This document shows, in pieces, positions 1 through 7,733 of a stretch of 25,914 nucleotides of DNA (position 1 is its first letter; each line of letters starts with the position of its first letter). The stretch is taken from positions 65,018 to 90,931 of the forward strand of contig NC_009007.1 of assembly GCF_000012905.2 (NCBI RefSeq), given 5' to 3'. This stretch comes from Cereibacter sphaeroides 2.4.1. Lineage in GTDB: Bacteria > Pseudomonadota > Alphaproteobacteria > Rhodobacterales > Rhodobacteraceae. A model generated the notes under the pieces. That model was not told the DNA's origin. It searched no databases and was given only the letters and a program-made list of their open reading frames with translations. A program made the position numbers and the translations under genes.

Positions 1-67
1 GGGCCCCAAGATCGCACACAAGACTACGAGGTGCAGGTCGATCAGAGCGCCGTCGCGGCAAGGAGTC

Positions 68-1003
68 GTGCCCCGCGAAGCTACTCTTGATGCAGGCACG
101 CCAAATGCGCGATCAATTTCGCTCGATGCTCAGCGCAGCTCTGTCGATGGAGCGATTGGCCAAGCTGAAAGCGATGCGCAAGGCGACCATCTCAACCTTA
201 CCCGCTACCATGGTGACAAGGTGAGGGAGGAAAATCCGCTGCTCGAATCCAACCGGTCTGCTCTGGCCAGTGGCGCTGAGCAGACGATTGGGGAGGCCGG
301 CTACAAGCGCGTGTTTGGTTGGCTGAACGTTGGCGCCGCCGAGGCGGCAGAGCTGCAGCAGGCACATCCTGCCGCTTGGACGTCGCCAGGCGCGGCTTTG
401 GATTACTACAGTCAGAACCCGGAAAAATTCATGGAGGTGCTCGGCCGCCCTTTCGTTGATGGCGACGACTTGCCCTCGTCGCCGGATAACCAGAATGCGG
501 CCCTGTATCCCTCGCCGATGCTGCCGAGAGCATACTCAGCGCAGGAGCGGGACGTCATGGTGCGCACCATCCTCGGCGAGGCCGCCGATCAGGGCAATGT
601 CGGCATGGCCGCAGTCGCGCTGGTAATCCGTAACCGTGCGGAAGACGTCAGGTTTCCCGACAATGTGGCAGACGTCAGCCTGCAGCCACGCCAGTTCTCC
701 GCTTGGAACGCGGATGGATCCGGGAACGCGCTGGTGTCGAAATACAATCCCGGCGACGCGGCTTATGAGCGCGCCGCCTATGTCGCCGATCTCGTGATGG
801 CTGGGCTTGTTCCCGACTTCACCGAAGGAGCCACGCACTATTACTCGCCGGCCGGCATGAGCCATCTGGTAGAAACTGGCTACCAGAAGAACCTCATTCC
901 GACTTGGCTAGAGAGGGAGACAGAAGCCCGTGATGCTCCGCCAGTCCGAATAGGCGGCCACGTCTTCACCGGTCAAGTGCGCCAGGGGGAGGAGGCGCGC
1001 TAG
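68..1003 (+). CDS. SleB/Hydrolase_2-family cell-wall (peptidoglycan) hydrolase; 5' end uncertain because the frame stays open to the window edge
   Basis: The C-terminal ~150 aa show the Hydrolase_2 pattern (ERDVMVRTILGEAADQG, GMAAVALVIRNRA, QPRQFSAWN, GATHYYSP, IGGHVF). GTG at 68 follows AAGGAG (60-65) with only 2 nt spacing. There is no in-frame stop between nt 2 and 68. Confidence 0.8.
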   Translation: MPREATLDAGTPNARSISLDAQRSSVDGAIGQAESDAQGDHLNLTRYHGDKVREENPLLESNRSALASGAEQTIGEAGYKRVFGWLNVGAAEAAELQQAHPAAWTSPGAALDYYSQNPEKFMEVLGRPFVDGDDLPSSPDNQNAALYPSPMLPRAYSAQERDVMVRTILGEAADQGNVGMAAVALVIRNRAEDVRFPDNVADVSLQPRQFSAWNADGSGNALVSKYNPGDAAYERAAYVADLVMAGLVPDFTEGATHYYSPAGMSHLVETGYQKNLIPTWLERETEARDAPPVRIGGHVFTGQVRQGEEAR

Positions 1004-1353
1004 TCCCATCCCCTCATGCGCGCACGAAAGGCGCCGATTCCAACACCTACTCTTGCGTAATACTGGTCTAGGCTGACGGGCGGTGCGTCGCCCCCAGCCG
1101 TCCCAGGACGCACGCGATGTGGGCCTGTGGTCACGGCCACACCGAGCAGCGACGCCATCAGGCCTAGGAGCATCGGAGCTCCCGCTTCTGCAACGAACCC
1201 GCCCCATAGAAGGGAGGTTCCGACAGCCAAAATCAGAGAACCCAGACCAATGCGGACAGCTCGCGTCAAAGGACTGATCTGCGGTGGAGCCGCGGAGTTC
1301 GCTGCCGGCACCCTTTGGTCATCAGAAGTCTTGCCCATCTCACCCGTCTCCAC
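1000..1353 (-). CDS. Hypothetical small membrane protein (two hydrophobic segments)
   Basis: The ORF has hydrophobic stretches IGLGSLILAVGTSLLWGGFV and APMLLGLMASLLGVAV and is convergent with the SleB-like gene. No family was recognised. Confidence 0.35.
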   Translation of the reverse strand: METGEMGKTSDDQRVPAANSAAPPQISPLTRAVRIGLGSLILAVGTSLLWGGFVAEAGAPMLLGLMASLLGVAVTTGPHRVRPGTAGGDAPPVSLDQYYARVGVGIGAFRARMRGWD

Positions 1354-1432
1354 TCAGTATAGCGTGCCGCTAGAGCAGAGGTGCTCTACGGCAGACATGA
1401 GCATCGGCAAGACGTCAATCCACAGTCTAACA

Positions 1433-1726
1433 CTACGGATTCGCTCTGCCAGATGCCTTCATAGTTCGCACATAGGACGCGAGCACGTCCTGCATTTTCT
1501 TGATGTGCCCCTTCCCATCGCCTTCCTCCTTGAAGAAGCGGAAGACTTCCGGATCCAAGCGCAAGTGAACCGACTTCCGAGATTCATGCTCCACAACCTC
1601 GGCGTTAGCCCAAAATTCCTCCGGAAGGTTCTCTTCCGTGGCATCTGGGCTGAGGTGGAGCTTGCCAGCATTCTTAAGCGCCCGCACCTCGTCTACTGAT
1701 AGCCTCTTCATACTTCCTTCTGTCAC
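1433..1726 (-). CDS. brnA: BrnA-family antitoxin (the start may be the internal Met at 1711)
   Basis: The size fits and the C-terminal pattern matches BrnA_antitoxin-type proteins (KSVHLRLDPEVFRFFKEEG..GHIKKMQDVLASYV). It lies immediately downstream of, and overlaps, the BrnT-like gene. Confidence 0.85.
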   Translation of the reverse strand: MTEGSMKRLSVDEVRALKNAGKLHLSPDATEENLPEEFWANAEVVEHESRKSVHLRLDPEVFRFFKEEGDGKGHIKKMQDVLASYVRTMKASGRANP

Positions 1727-1964
1727 GTCTTCCTCCCTTCCGAGTGGAAATGAGGCGGATAACGCTACCTCGTTGAACGTAAACCGTAACTATGCACAGA
1801 TCATCTACGAACCCGATGGCTACAATTCTGTCTTCGCCATAATCGTTGCGGGTATCGGGCGCCTCGACAGTGAGCCCATCAAAGATCAACGCTCCGTAAA
1901 GTAGATCGATCCCGTGCTTATCGATGTTTTGCTGACGCTTAACTTCGTCAAACTCAACTTCCAT
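1674..1964 (-). CDS. brnT: BrnT-family (DUF497) toxin
   Basis: It shows the DUF497 pattern FDEVKRQQNIDKHGIDL...DYGEDRIVAIG....IRLISTRKGGRRDRRKYEE. Toxin-first gene order is typical of brnTA. The upstream region (1965-2060) is AT-rich. Confidence 0.85.
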   Translation of the reverse strand: MEVEFDEVKRQQNIDKHGIDLLYGALIFDGLTVEAPDTRNDYGEDRIVAIGFVDDLCIVTVYVQRGSVIRLISTRKGGRRDRRKYEEAISRRGAGA

Positions 1965-2096
1965 TTCTGCCTCTCGTGCGGTCGGTAATGATGATGGTCC
2001 ATTTTCTACCCACTTTCATATTTTATGATTGGTTAATTTCTCATTCTGTGCAGCGACAGCGGACTCGCTCAAATCCGCTCTAAGGGCTCCACCAAC

Positions 2097-2125
2097 CTAT
2101 GTGTACACGAGTCGTGTGCACATAG
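2097..2125. repeat. 13-bp inverted repeat with a 3-nt spacer (CTATGTGTACACG agt CGTGTGCACATAG)
   Basis: Read directly from the sequence. There are 12 Watson-Crick pairs plus one T:G. It lies between the brnTA promoter region and the truncated end of the IS110 fragment. Confidence 0.6.
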
Positions 2126-2131
2126 CAACGG

Positions 2132-2815
2132 TTACACCATCCTGCGGTCTTGGCGTTTGCCCGACTGGCGCTGGACCGGCGCAAGGCCCGCCGCCGACGC
2201 CATGGCGTCGGCTGATGCGAAGCGGCGGACATCGCCGATCGTCGCGATGAGTTCTGCCGCGAGGAGCGCCCCCATCCCCGGCAGCGAGCGGATGAGGGCG
2301 CCGTCAGGGTGAGCTGCAAGCAGGGCCTCGAGGTCGTGATCGATCCGCGCGATCTTCATCCGCACGTCGATAGCCTCTGCGGCGAGTTCCCTGATCAGCT
2401 CCGCGGTTGCAGTTTCGCCCGGCACGGCGAGCCGCTGGTGCCGCGCCGCTGTCAGCGCACGGTCTGCCAGCTCCTCAATGCCTCGCAAGTGCGGAGTTTT
2501 CTTCAGATGGGCGACAATCCTTGCCCTGCCGGCGCGCCGGATCTCGGTCGGGGCGACATGGCGGGCCACAAGCGCCAGCGGCCCCTTCGACGTGAGATCG
2601 AGCACGCGTTCGAGACCCGGATGGATGCGGCAGAGCAAGCCGTGCAGGCGGGCAATGCGGCGTGTCTGGTCCTGGACCAAGTCGCGGCCCTTCACAACGC
2701 CAGCTGGCTGCGCGAACGGCACCGGCACCGAACGCCAGATCAGATCCGGGCCGAGCAGACGGCCCTTGAAACCGAAGCCGCCACGAAGTTCAGATCGGCG
2801 GCATGACCCGCGCAA
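2132..2815 (-). pseudogene. IS110-family transposase fragment lacking the N-terminal DEDD domain and the C-terminal ~90 aa
   Basis: The central and Transposase_20 region is recognisable (LVQDQTRRIARLHGLL..HPGLERVLD, IRSLPGMGALLAAELIATIGDVRRFASADAMASAAGLAPVQRQSGK). There is no N-terminal catalytic region, and the ORF ends just after SGK. Confidence 0.8.
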
Positions 2816-3121
2816 CGCGCTGTTTCACAACCGTGCCCCGGTACACAGGCTACTCGCCGTGAAGGTCCTGATCTGGTCTGGTCTGGCTGTAATCCAGAAC
2901 GAGCTGCAGCCGCACTCTTGAAATCTCAGCGCGAGTCTCCTATGCTTGATGTGCCCTAGGCAATTCTAGCTTCATTATGAGTAGGCTAGCATAACCGACC
3001 GGTTACCGACAATTGGGTTGATTTAGACGCGAACCCGTGTCGGTGGCCTATGCCATGACATATCGAAAACGATGAGATCGGACATCTGTCTCCGACACGC
3101 ACTGCTGAAAGGTGTGAAGGA

Positions 3122-3241
3122 ATGATAGATGTGCCGTCTGTTCTCGACGTTCTCGAGTTCGCTACCCGTGTTATGTCAGTCTGGATCGCTTGGCTGTCAT
3201 ATCGGAGATCGAAGAAGACTCGAAAGCGGAAGGCCCGCTAA
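3122..3241 (+). CDS. Possible 39-aa peptide (MIDVPSVLDVLEFATRVMSVWIAWLSYRRSKKTRKRKAR)
   Basis: Hand translation gives a hydrophobic core and a strongly basic tail. GAAGGA lies directly before the ATG, which is poor spacing. A hairpin follows at 3251-3270. It sits in an IS-debris region and may be fortuitous. Confidence 0.2.
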   Translation: MIDVPSVLDVLEFATRVMSVWIAWLSYRRSKKTRKRKAR

Positions 3242-3250
3242 TAGACAGAC

Positions 3251-3288
3251 CTAGCGGCTCAGGCCGCTAGGATCCCAACTTTTTTTTT
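3251..3288 (+). terminator. Hairpin CTAGCGGC-tcag-GCCGCTAG followed 9 nt later by a T9 run
   Basis: The 8-bp perfect stem (3251-3270) and the T-run (3280-3288) were read directly. The gap between stem and T-run is non-canonical. Confidence 0.3.
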
Positions 3289-3484
3289 GGCTTGTTGCGG
3301 CATTGTTGCAGAACTCGATCTGCAAAGGATTCACATCACGAATCCATGCGGTTAGACGGTTGGCATGAGCAAGCCCAAGCCCGCCCGTTACCGCACGACG
3401 AACTGGTCCGCCTACAATGCTGCGCTGCGCAGCCGCGGATCGTTGCTGATCCCCCTCTGTCAGGGCAGTTGTCACCGGTTCTGA
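3289..3484 (+). mobile_element. IS5-family (IS903-like) left end with a truncated transposase N-terminus
   Basis: GGCTTGTTGCGGCATTGTTGCAGAACTCGATC resembles the IS903-type terminal repeat. The ORF from 3365 begins MSKPKPARYRTTNWSAYNAALRSRGSL, the conserved N-terminus of this transposase group, then loses similarity and stops at about 3484. Confidence 0.55.
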
Positions 3485-3527
3485 ATCTGGAAGTGTATCC
3501 TGAGGCGGGCGGGACAGGACGAAGGGT

Positions 3528-3659
3528 TTGGCTTATCCACCGGAACGAAAGGCGGCGGTTCTCACGAAGATGCTGCCGCCGAACAACATGCCCCTGGGCC
3601 AGTTGGCCAAGGAGGAAGGGATCAGTGTCGCGACGCTCGCCAAGTGGCGGGCGGAGAGC
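3528..3659 (+). pseudogene. N-terminal HTH (Tnp_1-like OrfA) transposase fragment
   Basis: MAYPPERKAAVLTKMLPPNNMPLGQLAKEEGISVATLAKWRAES matches the HTH OrfA pattern of two-ORF IS elements. The remainder of the ORF looks like non-protein sequence. Confidence 0.45.
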
Positions 3660-3712
3660 GTCAGTGTCGCCGCCAGAGCGGTCACTGTTCATGCCGCCCT
3701 TGGTTCGGCCAA

Positions 3713-3892
3713 TCAGACGGCCTCTTTGGTCGCCTGGCCCCCCTTTTTCGACCGTAGGCTGGTCCCCGTGCGGCGCGCCTTGAGAAAGGTCGCGTTGATC
3801 ATCACCGTCTTCGGAACGGCGGCCTCAGCGGCCACGAGTGACAAGGCGAAGTATGCTGCCACGAACAGCGCCATTACTGACGCAAAGATCAT
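3713..3892 (-). pseudogene. Possible IS5-type DDE transposase internal fragment
   Basis: A hand-translated 59-aa ORF contains VMINATFLKARRTGTSLRSKKGGQ. This resembles the (I/L)D(S/A)T.(V/L)(K/R)AH..A......KGG block around the first catalytic D, which is N here. Confidence 0.3.
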
Positions 3893-4005
3893 GGTTCATA
3901 GCACAAAGATCGCGAAGCAGGTCTGAATCAGCCGGTCCATGGGGGAACTCCTCGGCTGGGTTTCCTCCATGATATCCGAGCTTCAAAAGCACCCGCGCGG
4001 TGGCC

Positions 4006-5208
4006 TCAGTCGTAATAATCGAAATGGCATGGCTCGCCGTTCCAGGCGCAATATAGTCGGTCATTACCCCAATAAAAAATTTCTCCGTCACGCTGCTCTT
4101 TGCGGACGCGGAAAACATTGTCTCCGTTGAAGTGCGGGAGGGAGAAATCGAAGCTTGGAACCTCGAGGCCGCGCTGACCGTGACCGTCATCGCTAATGGT
4201 GCGCCGCGGCAGGGGCATAAGGAGAGCTGCGTGGTTGCTCTCCTTCACGACCAGGGCGAAGCTGTTGTGGGTCGAGTTGTAGCCGTATGTCGTTCTCAAT
4301 AGTCGTCGATCGGCCCGTTCGCCTATTCCGGACATCAAGCCCTGAACATGCTGCGGCGTCACCAAGGTGGACTTGTCGCGGATAATGCCATCAGTCGCAG
4401 TTCGGCACCATTCAGCAACGTGGCTCGAATCCTTCAATGCCAGCCTGCCCTGGACTTTCTCTCGGGCGGAAAACCTCTTCGCGACCGGCGCATACGCGGA
4501 GGTTGTCACGAACATGGAAAAGTTTGCGTCCTCTGATTGCTGAATACCATATAGGGCTGCGACCTGGGTTTGGTCGATCTTGTTGCCGGCGCCGTATTTC
4601 TTGGCTTGAACAAGGGTGACGATGTCGCCAATCGGATCACGCTGAATGAGGCGAATATCCACGCCCTCATCACCGCGCCCAGGACCAAGCTCGACGTCGA
4701 AGCCCTGCGACTGGAAGATCCTCGCGAGGAGCGTCTCGTATTCCCGCCACTCTAACCGATAGAGGTCATCAGGACGGTGAGCGAAGTGGCGATAGAGCTC
4801 TTCGTATACATCCGCAGTATCCGGCTCGACGAGCCCGCACACCCATTGCCAGTGAAAATATGACGTGTATGCGGCGTAATCGCTGTCCTCGTCGGGGAAG
4901 ACCAGAGCCGTGGAGCTCTTGTCCTGCTCCAGCCAGCACCCGTGATCGGCTAGCAAATCTTGAAGACTGATCGCCAGCTCTTCATCCCCGTAGCCATTCA
5001 TTGACGCGGAGAGCTCGCCATCGAATGATATGACGGCAAGCACCGGTAAATCGAGCGGCTCGGCTCCTGGCCTGTCGAGATAGTTTTGCACCGAGCAATA
5101 GTCGGAAATTTCCCGCTCTTTTGCCCATGCCTCGATGGATGCCCTCAACCGCAGCAAGCTCTTCTCGACCTGCTGGTCCGCTAAATCCCTCACCCGGCTT
5201 GTCGTCAT
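4006..5208 (-). CDS. Mrr-cat (restriction endonuclease, PD-(D/E)xK) domain protein with unassigned N- and C-terminal regions
   Basis: The central block YETLLARIFQSQGFDVELGPGRGDEGVDIRLI......IVTLVQAKKYG.GNKIDQTQVAALYG......ANFSMFVTTSAYAPVA fits the Mrr_cat pattern (GD.G.D ... Q.K). The flanking ~150 aa on each side were not recognised. Confidence 0.75.
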   Translation of the reverse strand: MTTSRVRDLADQQVEKSLLRLRASIEAWAKEREISDYCSVQNYLDRPGAEPLDLPVLAVISFDGELSASMNGYGDEELAISLQDLLADHGCWLEQDKSSTALVFPDEDSDYAAYTSYFHWQWVCGLVEPDTADVYEELYRHFAHRPDDLYRLEWREYETLLARIFQSQGFDVELGPGRGDEGVDIRLIQRDPIGDIVTLVQAKKYGAGNKIDQTQVAALYGIQQSEDANFSMFVTTSAYAPVAKRFSAREKVQGRLALKDSSHVAEWCRTATDGIIRDKSTLVTPQHVQGLMSGIGERADRRLLRTTYGYNSTHNSFALVVKESNHAALLMPLPRRTISDDGHGQRGLEVPSFDFSLPHFNGDNVFRVRKEQRDGEIFYWGNDRLYCAWNGEPCHFDYYD

Positions 5209-5377
5209 GGAGCGACGCCCGTCATTCTATCAGATCCACCATGATAGAAGCATGACGGCGTCATCAGTCAAGCGAGGCTAGAGGCGGTTGGCCGGGTGCT
5301 GGGACTGGATCTGCAGGTGGCGTTCCAGCATGGGCCCGCCAAGGCGGCGCCAACCCGCTACCCCGCGTGCTGCTTCT

Positions 5378-5776
5378 CTAGACCCTACCGGCAAATGAAT
5401 GCGCCGCCTTGCGGCGGCTCCCCCCGCCGCAATGAGGTGGTCCAGCCCCAGGCAGATCCGGCGGCGTAACCAGCGGGGCAGGCGGCCGCCGCCGTAGCCG
5501 TGCAGGTAAATTTGGAGAAGGAGAACGCGCTTCACTGGACGTGCCCCGAAGCCGCCACAGACGCCGAGCAAGGGTAGCGGCGCTTACGAGCGCAAGGGCA
5601 TCGAGCGCAAAGCTCCCGAGCACGGCAGCGCTGGAGAGATCACCCGAGATCGGCAGCCATGGGCGCGGAAGCAGAGTGCAGAGGAGGGGCAGGGCGATGC
5701 CGGCGACAGGCAGCGCCCAGAATGCAATTCTGCGAGGCACGTCAGTAGCCGAGCCAGCGAAGGACGTCACCCGCAT
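5378..5776 (-). CDS. Putative small membrane protein; the 3' half is doubtful
   Basis: The N-terminal ~80 aa have two hydrophobic segments and GC-rich third codon positions. Third-position GC drops afterwards, and a second frame (5278..5571) takes over. Confidence 0.25.
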   Translation of the reverse strand: MRVTSFAGSATDVPRRIAFWALPVAGIALPLLCTLLPRPWLPISGDLSSAAVLGSFALDALALVSAATLARRLWRLRGTSSEARSPSPNLPARLRRRPPAPLVTPPDLPGAGPPHCGGGSRRKAAHSFAGRV

Positions 5777-5915
5777 CGTAGACCTCCCGATCGCCGCAGT
5801 CCCGCAGAAACTCGGCGACGCCTTCTGGCACTGGCACGCCGTGCACCTTCAGCTCACGGAGGGCTCTTTCCTTCGTGATGATCTCGCCCTCTGCGCTCTC
5901 GAGGTAGGTCATCAT
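5742..5915 (-). CDS. Hypothetical 57-aa protein (MMTYLESAEGEIITKERALRELKVHGV...)
   Basis: An internal ATG of track ORF 5742..6296 overlaps the stop of the upstream gene as ATGA (translational coupling). The upstream part of the long ORF is Arg/Pro/Gly-rich shadow sequence. Confidence 0.5.
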   Translation of the reverse strand: MMTYLESAEGEIITKERALRELKVHGVPVPEGVAEFLRDCGDREVYDAGDVLRWLGY

Positions 5916-6253
5916 TTTCTTTCCCGCTCCAGTCGATCCGCAGCCCATTCGGCCGCTGCGGCCAATCCGGGCGCGCCCCGCGAGAGCTCGTATTCCATCA
6001 GCCGCCGAGCGGCCGCCGCGTCGTTCATCACCATGCGCCGCAGCCTTCGCTCTTGCGGGTGAAGGCGCGCAGGCCCGGACTGCAACCGCCGAAGGAGGAA
6101 GCGGTCTCGGAAACGGCCCGCCAGGATGTCGGCCGCATGAAGCAGGCATGAATAATAGAGAAGGACCGCGCTCCAGATCAGCGCGGTCTGTGCCCCGGCC
6201 GGCAGGGCGCGGAACAGAAGCCGCAGGCCCTCTTCCGTGTCCTGCAGCATCAT
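5912..6253 (-). CDS. Hypothetical 113-aa protein with one hydrophobic segment
   Basis: It shares ATGA overlaps with both the upstream gene (at 6250-6253) and the downstream gene (at 5912-5915). The hydrophobic stretch is AQTALIWSAVLLYYSCLL. Confidence 0.55.
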   Translation of the reverse strand: MMLQDTEEGLRLLFRALPAGAQTALIWSAVLLYYSCLLHAADILAGRFRDRFLLRRLQSGPARLHPQERRLRRMVMNDAAAARRLMEYELSRGAPGLAAAAEWAADRLERERK

Positions 6254-6651
6254 CCGTCGTCACCCGTGTCGGCCGGGAAGAGGACCAGCTCGCCATTGAC
6301 CGGCACGGCGTCGAGATAGGCCTTGAAGATGTAGTTCTTCCCCGGCGCGGCCGGGAACGCCATGCCGAGCGGACGGAAGCGCGTGCGGTTGTCGCTGCCC
6401 GTGACCGGCGTCGTGACGCGCATCGGTGCCGCCGCCATGTCAGGCAGCCGAGGCGGTGCCGCCCGCGCAGCCTGATCCGCCGAGCCGGGGACGAACACGA
6501 TCAGCTCGCCATTGATCGGGTTGGCGTCGAGCCGGATCTTGAAGAGGTAGTTCTGCCCCGGCCGGGAGGGGAAAGCGACGCCGACCGACCGGAAACGGGT
6601 CTGGTCCTCGCCTGCCTTCACAAGTGTGGTCACGTTCAACACGTCAGCCAT
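6250..6651 (-). CDS. Hypothetical 133-aa protein built from two tandem ~51-aa repeats
   Basis: Residues 7-57 and 79-129 align without gaps (27 of 51 identical by hand count). The start overlaps the upstream stop by 8 nt (ATGGCTGA). Confidence 0.65.
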   Translation of the reverse strand: MADVLNVTTLVKAGEDQTRFRSVGVAFPSRPGQNYLFKIRLDANPINGELIVFVPGSADQAARAAPPRLPDMAAAPMRVTTPVTGSDNRTRFRPLGMAFPAAPGKNYIFKAYLDAVPVNGELVLFPADTGDDG

Positions 6652-7201
6652 GAGCTGGCTCCTTCAACTCGGGAATGGGGGCGAGGGCTGCATGAAGCGT
6701 CTCGCGGAGGGATTGGGCGCTGTAGTCGGTCGGCAGCTCCATCCACGGGATTCCGGCAGAGGCGCAGGCCCGGCGTTTGATGGCGTCACGGCCGAGCGCG
6801 TCGCGACGGTCGCGGCGGGTGCGGCCGTAGTGACCGCGGCCCTGATACTCGATCACGAGAAGCGGCCTGAAATCGGCATCGACAAGAAGGAAGTCGGCGC
6901 GCTTTGCATTGATCCGCCAGAATGCCTTCTGGCTGCGGGCTGCAAGAAACTCCCCGTAGGAGACCTGGCAGAGGAGCCGCGGCCGGGGCTCCGGCAGTGA
7001 GGAGATCGCCCGGCTCAGGGAGCGGAAGAGGCGTTGCTCCGTCCGGTTCAGGACCGGCCGCGCCGTGTAGGAGGTCTCGAACCTGATCCGGAGAACTGCC
7101 AGAACCAGGACAAGCGCCACGAGGAGGGCGAGGGCGAGCCAGATCCCCGTGGGGATCTGGCCGTCCGAGAGGAGAACCGAAGCGGGCTCGAACCCGTCCA
7201 C
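6644..7201 (-). CDS. DUF2726-domain (restriction-endonuclease-like fold) protein with an N-terminal transmembrane helix
   Basis: The TM segment is IWLALALLVALVLVLAVL. The DUF2726 pattern follows: LNRTEQRLFRSL....LLCQVSYGEFL.......RINAKRADFLLVDADFRPLLVIEYQG.GH......RD..GRDAIKRRACASAGIPWMEL. Confidence 0.75.
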   Translation of the reverse strand: MDGFEPASVLLSDGQIPTGIWLALALLVALVLVLAVLRIRFETSYTARPVLNRTEQRLFRSLSRAISSLPEPRPRLLCQVSYGEFLAARSQKAFWRINAKRADFLLVDADFRPLLVIEYQGRGHYGRTRRDRRDALGRDAIKRRACASAGIPWMELPTDYSAQSLRETLHAALAPIPELKEPAHG

Positions 7202-7202
7202 C

Positions 7203-7694
7203 TCAGCATCCTTTCTCGAACTTCACCTTCTCGAGCTGACCGATGCGCTGCGCGATCAGCATGGCGTCGTTCACGTCCTTGAGCTGCTGCGTGCTGGACT
7301 CCCGGCCGGCCACCGCGCCAAGGGCCGAGCGCCCGGCATCGGTGGCAAGGCCCACATTGCGCAGGCCGGTGGCCGACCCCGCGTTCATCATGGCCGATCC
7401 GCCGATGACCGTGGCACCCACATCCACGAGCCCGCCGATCATGGCCGACTGGCGCTGCCGCGCCCGCTGCTCGCGCTCAACCTCGGCATAACGCGCATAG
7501 AGGTTGCCGAGCCGCTGGTTGACGACCGGACAGCTCAGCGCATAGTCGTCCTTGGAGGGCGGCTGCGTGGCGGTCATGAGACCCTGCATTCCGGTGCCCG
7601 CCGTCACCATGTCGGTCGCGGTGCCGCCGGTCACGCAACCGGAGAGCGTCAGCGCCGCCGCCAGAGCGGTCACGGTCTTAGCGATCTTCGTCAT
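7203..7694 (-). CDS. Lipoprotein, function unknown
   Basis: The signal peptide carries a lipobox (AAALTLSG-C). AAGGA lies upstream of the ATG. Its stop is 1 nt from the start of the DUF2726 gene. Confidence 0.7.
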   Translation of the reverse strand: MTKIAKTVTALAAALTLSGCVTGGTATDMVTAGTGMQGLMTATQPPSKDDYALSCPVVNQRLGNLYARYAEVEREQRARQRQSAMIGGLVDVGATVIGGSAMMNAGSATGLRNVGLATDAGRSALGAVAGRESSTQQLKDVNDAMLIAQRIGQLEKVKFEKGC

Positions 7695-7733
7695 TCCTTA
7701 ACCTTACTCGTTGATTTTATTACATAATTCTCA

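Noticed and set aside
5278-5571. 97-aa minus-strand ORF containing LLLQIYLHGYGGG, reminiscent of the HGGG oxyanion motif of alpha/beta hydrolases
   Set aside because: Only a short motif-like string supports it. The ORF is far too short for the fold and the remaining sequence is Arg/Gly-rich. At best it is a decayed fragment and cannot be supported as a feature.
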